A stretch of 56,887 nucleotides of DNA, the filler included, from Basidioascus undulatus (lineage: Eukaryota): assembly GCA_000826855.1 (NCBI GenBank). It is 3 parts of 3 records of this genome, joined end to end, with 100 filler letters (N's around TTAATTAATTAA, not from the genome) between each part and the next. Parts side by side here need not be neighbours in the genome. Positions count along the whole stretch, not along the records: positions 38,047 to 56,887 come from JTLS01000446.1; 2 more parts are not named here. The stretch is one strand, 5' to 3'. A model generated the notes under the pieces. It worked only from the letters and a program-made list of their open reading frames with translations. It did not search any database and was not told the DNA's origin. The position numbers were made by a program, and so were the translations under genes. Positions 51,837 to 56,887 of this stretch are shown here, piece by piece; position 1 is the first letter of the stretch; each line of letters begins with the position of its first letter.

Positions 51837-52470
51837 GTTCTTCGGTGGGTGGCAAGAGCGAACAGCGGGAAAGAGAACGTCGAAGGAAGTGCAGTAGCAG
51901 CGTTTTATTCTGGATGATCTGCTCTGTTGTGATTGAACTTCCCGCGGGAACTTGAGCGGGCTGTCTCTGAGCATCCCCGCCTGTGAGCACGCCATGCTGG
52001 CTGCAGGCGCTGTGAACCGCGCTGAAGCGAACGACGGAGATAGGTTGAACGCGCTCACATCACATCTCCACGTGAAGTTCTTGCAGGATTGACACATGTT
52101 GAATCTTCAAGAGTCGCATACCCAGCGTTCAGCGAGTCAGTGCCTGAGTTCAGGACATCGGGGAATTTACGGGGAACCTTCGCAACTTTCCGCCCGCAGT
52201 GTCACGCAAGACGGAATGGCACCATCGGTAAAAGAGATGGCAACATGAAGTGCCCCAAAAAGAAGTTGTACAAGGTCGCTCACCTGGGTAAAGCCCGTTT
52301 CCAGACCGGAGCGTTTCGCGATGAGGATATCCGAACGCTGTATTCGGGAAGGTGGACGCCGTCTTTTCGTTCAGCTTCTTGCCTGACGTGCACCTGAAAG
52401 CCCATTTGTCGCTAGCCGCTTGCTCACCTTTCTCAACCACGTAGCCTTCCTCGTCCACCCGTACTCCGTC

Positions 52471-54088
52471 ATGTCGTCCACTTCGACCACCACTTTCGCC
52501 CCGACCGTCCACATTCCCGCGCCTTTCACGCCCTTCGACGTCCCGGGATCTCGCTCCATCGGTGGTGGGCCCTCCCGCTTGCTTTGAAGTACAACGGTGG
52601 GTCTGCCGCCAGCTTGTCGGACGTCATCGCCGAGCTTCGCAAGCTCCCCGTCAACGAGCTCCTCAAGGCGGGTGCAGGCGCCCTCCTCATCCGCGGCGTG
52701 CCTGCTCGCACTCCCGACGAACTGAGCAGGGCCGTGCTCGCTTTTGACGTGGGCAAGGAGTACCTCCAGGTCGGCGTCGCGGGGAAGCGCAACTACGTAG
52801 CGGAGGAACTCCAGACGGCGAACGAGGGCCCGCCGTCGCTTCGCTTGTACATAAACAATTCAGAAGCCAAGCCGCTTAATCCAGGGTGCTTTGTTGAGGT
52901 ACAGCTGACACTCCTTGTGTGTTCTCTCTCACAGCTTCCAGCACGGCGCGTTTCACGCATTTCCCCACCCATCTGTTCTTCGTGTGCCAGAAGTTCTGGC
53001 TGCAGTCTGGTAAGTAACCCAGGTGTCTCTTCCCAACTACATCTGTGATACTGTCTGATACATTGCTTCTTGACATGCGGCGAGACGCCCTTGACCTCCA
53101 GCGTGGAAGTCTACCAGCGCCTTCAACAAGAGCTGCCGGAGTTTGTCGAGGAGCTCGCCAAGCGCGGTCTCATCTCAAAGCAATAAAAAAAAACTCGCTC
53201 TCATAACTTTCGCCTGAACAGATCCTCCACCGGGCAAAGAGGGTTCTGACAACGAGTTCAACTGGGTAAGCTGCCTCGTTTGAAAGCGACGCACTTTCAC
53301 CTGACTTTCGTGCGGTCTGACATCTTTCTCCAACCTGTAGCGCCAGGAGACAGCCTTCGGCCAAGAGATAGACCCCTCCGACGACCTGTAGACGGCGCGC
53401 CGGAAGGAGGAGAAGCAGGCTCGCAGCTTCACGGACGCTTTGGAGTGGACGGAAGAGGGCGGGCTGGTCGTTATCATGCATGTTCCTGGTGCGTACACTC
53501 CTTCTGAAACCGGGAGCTACTGGCTTTGGCTAAAGTAGGTTCTTTGAATGGGGGAACAGCCATCCGCCGCGTCAAAGAGACTGGCGAGCCGACCTTCTTC
53601 AACGGCCTCACTGGCCGCTTCGGCATGATCAAGCAGCGGGGCGCGCTCGACCCGCCGCACATCGGCACAGACGGAACGCACATCGGCACTGACGGTATGA
53701 CATGTGCGTCCAGAGCTGTTCCGCAATCTCTCTGCATGATTTTATCTGATGACCGGTTACCCGGCAGACCTCACCCCGACCTAGGGCGACGGCACGCCGA
53801 TCCCGCGCGAGTGGCTGCTCCGGTTGCTCGACATCCAGGACGAGATCACGGTCAAGGTCAAGTGGGAGGAGGGCGACATCGTCCTTCTCGACAACTATGT
53901 CGTTCAGCATGGCCGGTGCGTTTATTTCGATGTACGCAGGCAGGGTAGGGTTCTGAAATACGGGGGACAGCGTGCCGTGGGTCGGAGGCCAGGACGACCG
54001 CATCATTTTGTGCAGCTTGAGGGACGACGGGAACCAAGTTGGACGCATACCAAGAGTTTCGGGGAAGTGTCGAGGTTACGGAGCATAA
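52471..54088 (+). pseudogene. TauD/TfdA (clavaminate-synthase-like) Fe/2OG dioxygenase, disabled
   Basis: GALLIRGVP, TANEGPP, HFPTHLFF, GETPL, FFNGL, WEEGDIVLLDNYVVQHGR. Frameshift near 52568; HxE region damaged near 52940; acceptor AG missing near 53076; PT*GDG with TAG at 53782-53784 where Tyr is expected. Confidence 0.87.
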
Positions 54089-54278
54089 TAGAAGGGGCGT
54101 GTATGGACAGCTTGGAGGATGAAAAGCGCATTAAACCCAGCGTTTGGCAATGCGTGCGGTGAATGCACGATGCGAAGGCTGAATAATAAATAGGTCGGAA
54201 GCGACCTGCGATAGATGCACCTGCAGTGTCCGATCCAAAAAGACAGTTCCTCCCTCATACGTTTGGGGCAGAAAGATG

Positions 54279-54358
54279 TGACGAGAGTGGGATTCGAACC
54301 CACGCCCTTTCGGACCAGATCCTTAGTCTGGCGCCTTAGACCGCTCGGCCATCTCGCC
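54279..54358 (-). tRNA. tRNA-Leu(AAG)
   Basis: GGCGAGATGGCCGAGCGGTCTAAGGCG-CCAGA-CTAAGGA-TCTGG-TCCGAAAGGGC-GTGGG-TTCGAAT-CCCAC-TCTCGTC-A; canonical cloverleaf with a long variable arm. Confidence 0.96.
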
Positions 54359-55001
54359 GGGTGAATTGTGTCCCTTGTTAAAATGTATAGCAAGACGTTT
54401 GTTGCCGATGCCCTCATCACGCCTTCAAACTCGTTAAGTCCCCGATGCAGCGACACAGGCGACATTGACCAACGGTACAACACTCACCATCATCCGTGCA
54501 CAGCTCGAACTCGTTCCCCGGGCAGCGACAGCCTCGTTCCTCGCATGTTTGTCAAGCATTCAATTTTCGTCTTTCCACCCCGTTTCTTTCGCCCAACCCC
54601 GACCTCCCGACCTCCCGACCTCCGAAGCAAGCTATCAGCGCGTCTCAATGCGTTATGCAAATTCATACTTCATTCAGTTCATCCCCCCCTCACCTCCCCT
54701 ATTAAGCTAGCTAACGATCAATCGCTGTCGATCACGATCACAATCACGAAGGTAGTACAACAAACAAGCAAGCAGGCGCGGTCTCCCCAAGAACACAAAC
54801 CGAGAAAGAACGAAAGAATGAGAGAACGGTCGATGCGATGCACTGTTTCCCCACCGCCTCGGTCAGCCCCCACTCAGGCTTTCTCCCGGAGATGAGAGAC
54901 CTACTGGGTCAAGAGTCAAATGTGGAGTCGATAATGCGTGGATGCGAGGATGATGGAAGGAAGTCGTGGGTCGGCGGAGAGCGAGGGAATCATGAGGTAG
55001 A

Positions 55002-56887
55002 TCAGTAGAGCGGTTCCGAGCTCGACGACAGCCGGTTGAGGTGCAAGAACGCGTCAGTCCCGTGGCCCTCCATGGGGAGGAGCTCGAGGTTCCCGCCGAC
55101 TGTTGGGACCCCCCCGCGGCTCTCCGTCAGCGGCTGCTTTTATCGGTTGCTCGGGTTCGGATCGTGAGGGAGCGGAGTGGGAGGAGGGGAGGGGACGAGG
55201 GAGGAGGGGAAGGAAGAGAGGACGGGCAGAAGTGGGGAGGAGGAGGGGGGCAGAGGAGGCAGAAAGGAGAGGGAAGGAGAGGGGGAAAAGGGAGACGAGG
55301 ACGCACAGTACCGCGCATAAAGCCTGCTCATCCCCAGGCCGAAGCCCAGCCCAGCAAGAGGGGCCGTCTCCTCCCCTCCCTGGAAGCCCTCTTCCAGTCG
55401 TCCACCAGGCATGGTCGTGTCTGTCCGTTCCCCCCATTTCCCCATCCAACATCAGTTTCCCACTCTTCCTTCCCAAAACAAAAGGGGATAGAAAGGGAGG
55501 AGGAAGAAGAAGAGAAGGAGGTCGTGGACGCACAGGAATAATCAAACACCTTTTCCCCCAAGCTCCTCGGGAACCCGCCGCCCTCGTCCGAAATCTTGAT
55601 CGTGATGTCCTCCTCGCCCTTGGCGACGATCACGCGCACGGGGGGGAACTTTTCGGAGTGCGTCCATCCGGAGAGCGATGAGGGGTTGCGGGAGGAGTGC
55701 GCCTCGACGACAGCGCGGAGCGAGTTCTTGACGAGCTCGAAGACGACGTGGTTGCTGCGCGGGTAGGGGTCGGGGTCAGGCTTGGGTTCGGCTTCGGCTT
55801 CGGGTACGGAAGAGACGGTGAACGAGGAGGAGTCGACGCGCGGGGAAGGAAGAAGGAAGAGGGAAGGGGAGGAAGCAGGGAAGGGAGCGGCGCGGGGAAG
55901 GAGGAGGAACAACAGGAAGGAGAAATAACGCACAGATGCCCCGGCATATACGGAAAAGTGAGCGCCTCGTCGCAGAAGAGCTGCACCTCGGGCGCCTCGA
56001 GCAGGCCCGTGTAGTGGCGCTCGCACACCCAGCGGGCGTTCTCGATCGCCACGAGCGCAACTTGGCGGACGTTGGTGTTCTGTCGTTCCGTCCCCGGTGT
56101 CAGAAATCACTTGCTCTCCGTTGCTTGCCGGCGCGGAGCAAGGAGTGAAGGGAAGGGAAGGAGAACAGGGAGAGGGAAGAGGAGAGGACCGACGCACAGT
56201 GCAGATCGCCCCGACCCAGAACTCGCCCTCCGGCGGCGGGGAGAGCTCGCCGTTGCGCTGCTGCTCCTCGTAGCGGGCGATCTCGATGTCTGCCATGCGA
56301 CGGAGGTCGCGTCAGCTTCGACCGGGAGGTGGGGAGAGGGAGAAGGCGAGAAGAGAAAGATATAGAAGGCAGGGAAGGGAGAAGGAAAGGGAGATAGCAG
56401 GTGAGTGGAGGGAGGCACGCACGTTGTGACATCAACAACCGAATCCCGATCCGCGCCATCAAGAACCTCTCCAGCGCCGCCTGGATCATCCTGTCCCTCG
56501 CCTGGGTCCTGCGCGGATTCGCAGGCACCAGGGGCCCAGACACGCGCTTCCACTCCAGAATTCCCTGCGCGAACGCCGGCACCGTCGGGTCATGCCTTCT
56601 CTTAATCCCCTCCAAGAGGCTCCGGAAGGACGCGTTGTACGCGTAGATCTCGGGCGGAAAGACAGTGCCTGGCTCGGACGTCGCGGTCGCGAAGTATCGC
56701 TCGAGGGGGATGCGCTGCCGTGGCTTGGTGCTTTGTGGGGAGGTTGGAGAGGGGGAAGATGACGGGGGAGAGCGGAAGGAGGAGGCGGGGTTCGGGTTGG
56801 GCGTGGCGCGCGGGAGGGGGGTGGAGGAGGCGGCGGAGCGCGAGAGGAGCGCGCGCAGCTCGCGAGAGAGCGTGGGGCGCGGATGGG
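55002..56887 (-). CDS. Mitochondrial pyruvate dehydrogenase kinase-family protein, 5' end outside the window
   Basis: IKRRHDPTV..AQGILEWK, LERFLMARIGIRLL, VGAICT, AIENARWVCE, YMPGHLNHVVFELVKNSLRA, ITIKISDEGGG, APLAGLGFGLGMSRLYARY, MEGHGTDAFLHLNRLSSSSEPLY*. Confidence 0.93.

Noticed and set aside
18749..53784. TAG stop-codon reassignment suggested by in-frame TAGs at 18749, 51355 and 53782
   Set aside because: They align to different expected residues (Trp, probably Gln, Tyr), two of the genes also carry frameshifts, intact genes end in TAG (6543, 34691), and there is no suppressor tRNA in the window.

Overview
Intron-rich fungal genomic DNA, most likely basidiomycete (short GT-AG introns with CTGAC/CTAAC branch sites, micro-exons, basidiomycete-type F-box and RRN5-like genes). 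The window is three contigs joined by two artificial 100-nt spacers (N44-TTAATTAATTAA-N44 at 18963-19062 and 37947-38046), so adjacency across them means nothing. Apparently intact genes: RPA2/RFA2, an orphan ORF, an ACS/Dal5-family MFS transporter, a DHDPS-family aldolase, a Baeyer-Villiger monooxygenase, a GH31 glycosidase, an AA9 LPMO, an RRN5-like SANT protein, a small mitochondrial membrane protein, ATG26 (partial), an MAPR cytochrome-b5 protein (partial), FBA1, a PDK-family kinase (partial), tRNA-Phe(GAA) and tRNA-Leu(AAG). The most striking feature is the density of gene relics: a divergent Mup1-like permease/TauD dioxygenase pair, both disabled and bracketed by the two tRNA genes; a Dal5-like transporter with a nonsense codon; several F-box relics; and a three-copy tandem array of broken small genes. 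I cannot demonstrate a new system from sequence alone. The best leads are the decayed permease/dioxygenase module, the putative catabolic cluster at 3.6-19 kb, and an unrecognised 4-Cys module on the LPMO. All gene models were spliced by eye, and family calls come from remembered motifs, not database searches.
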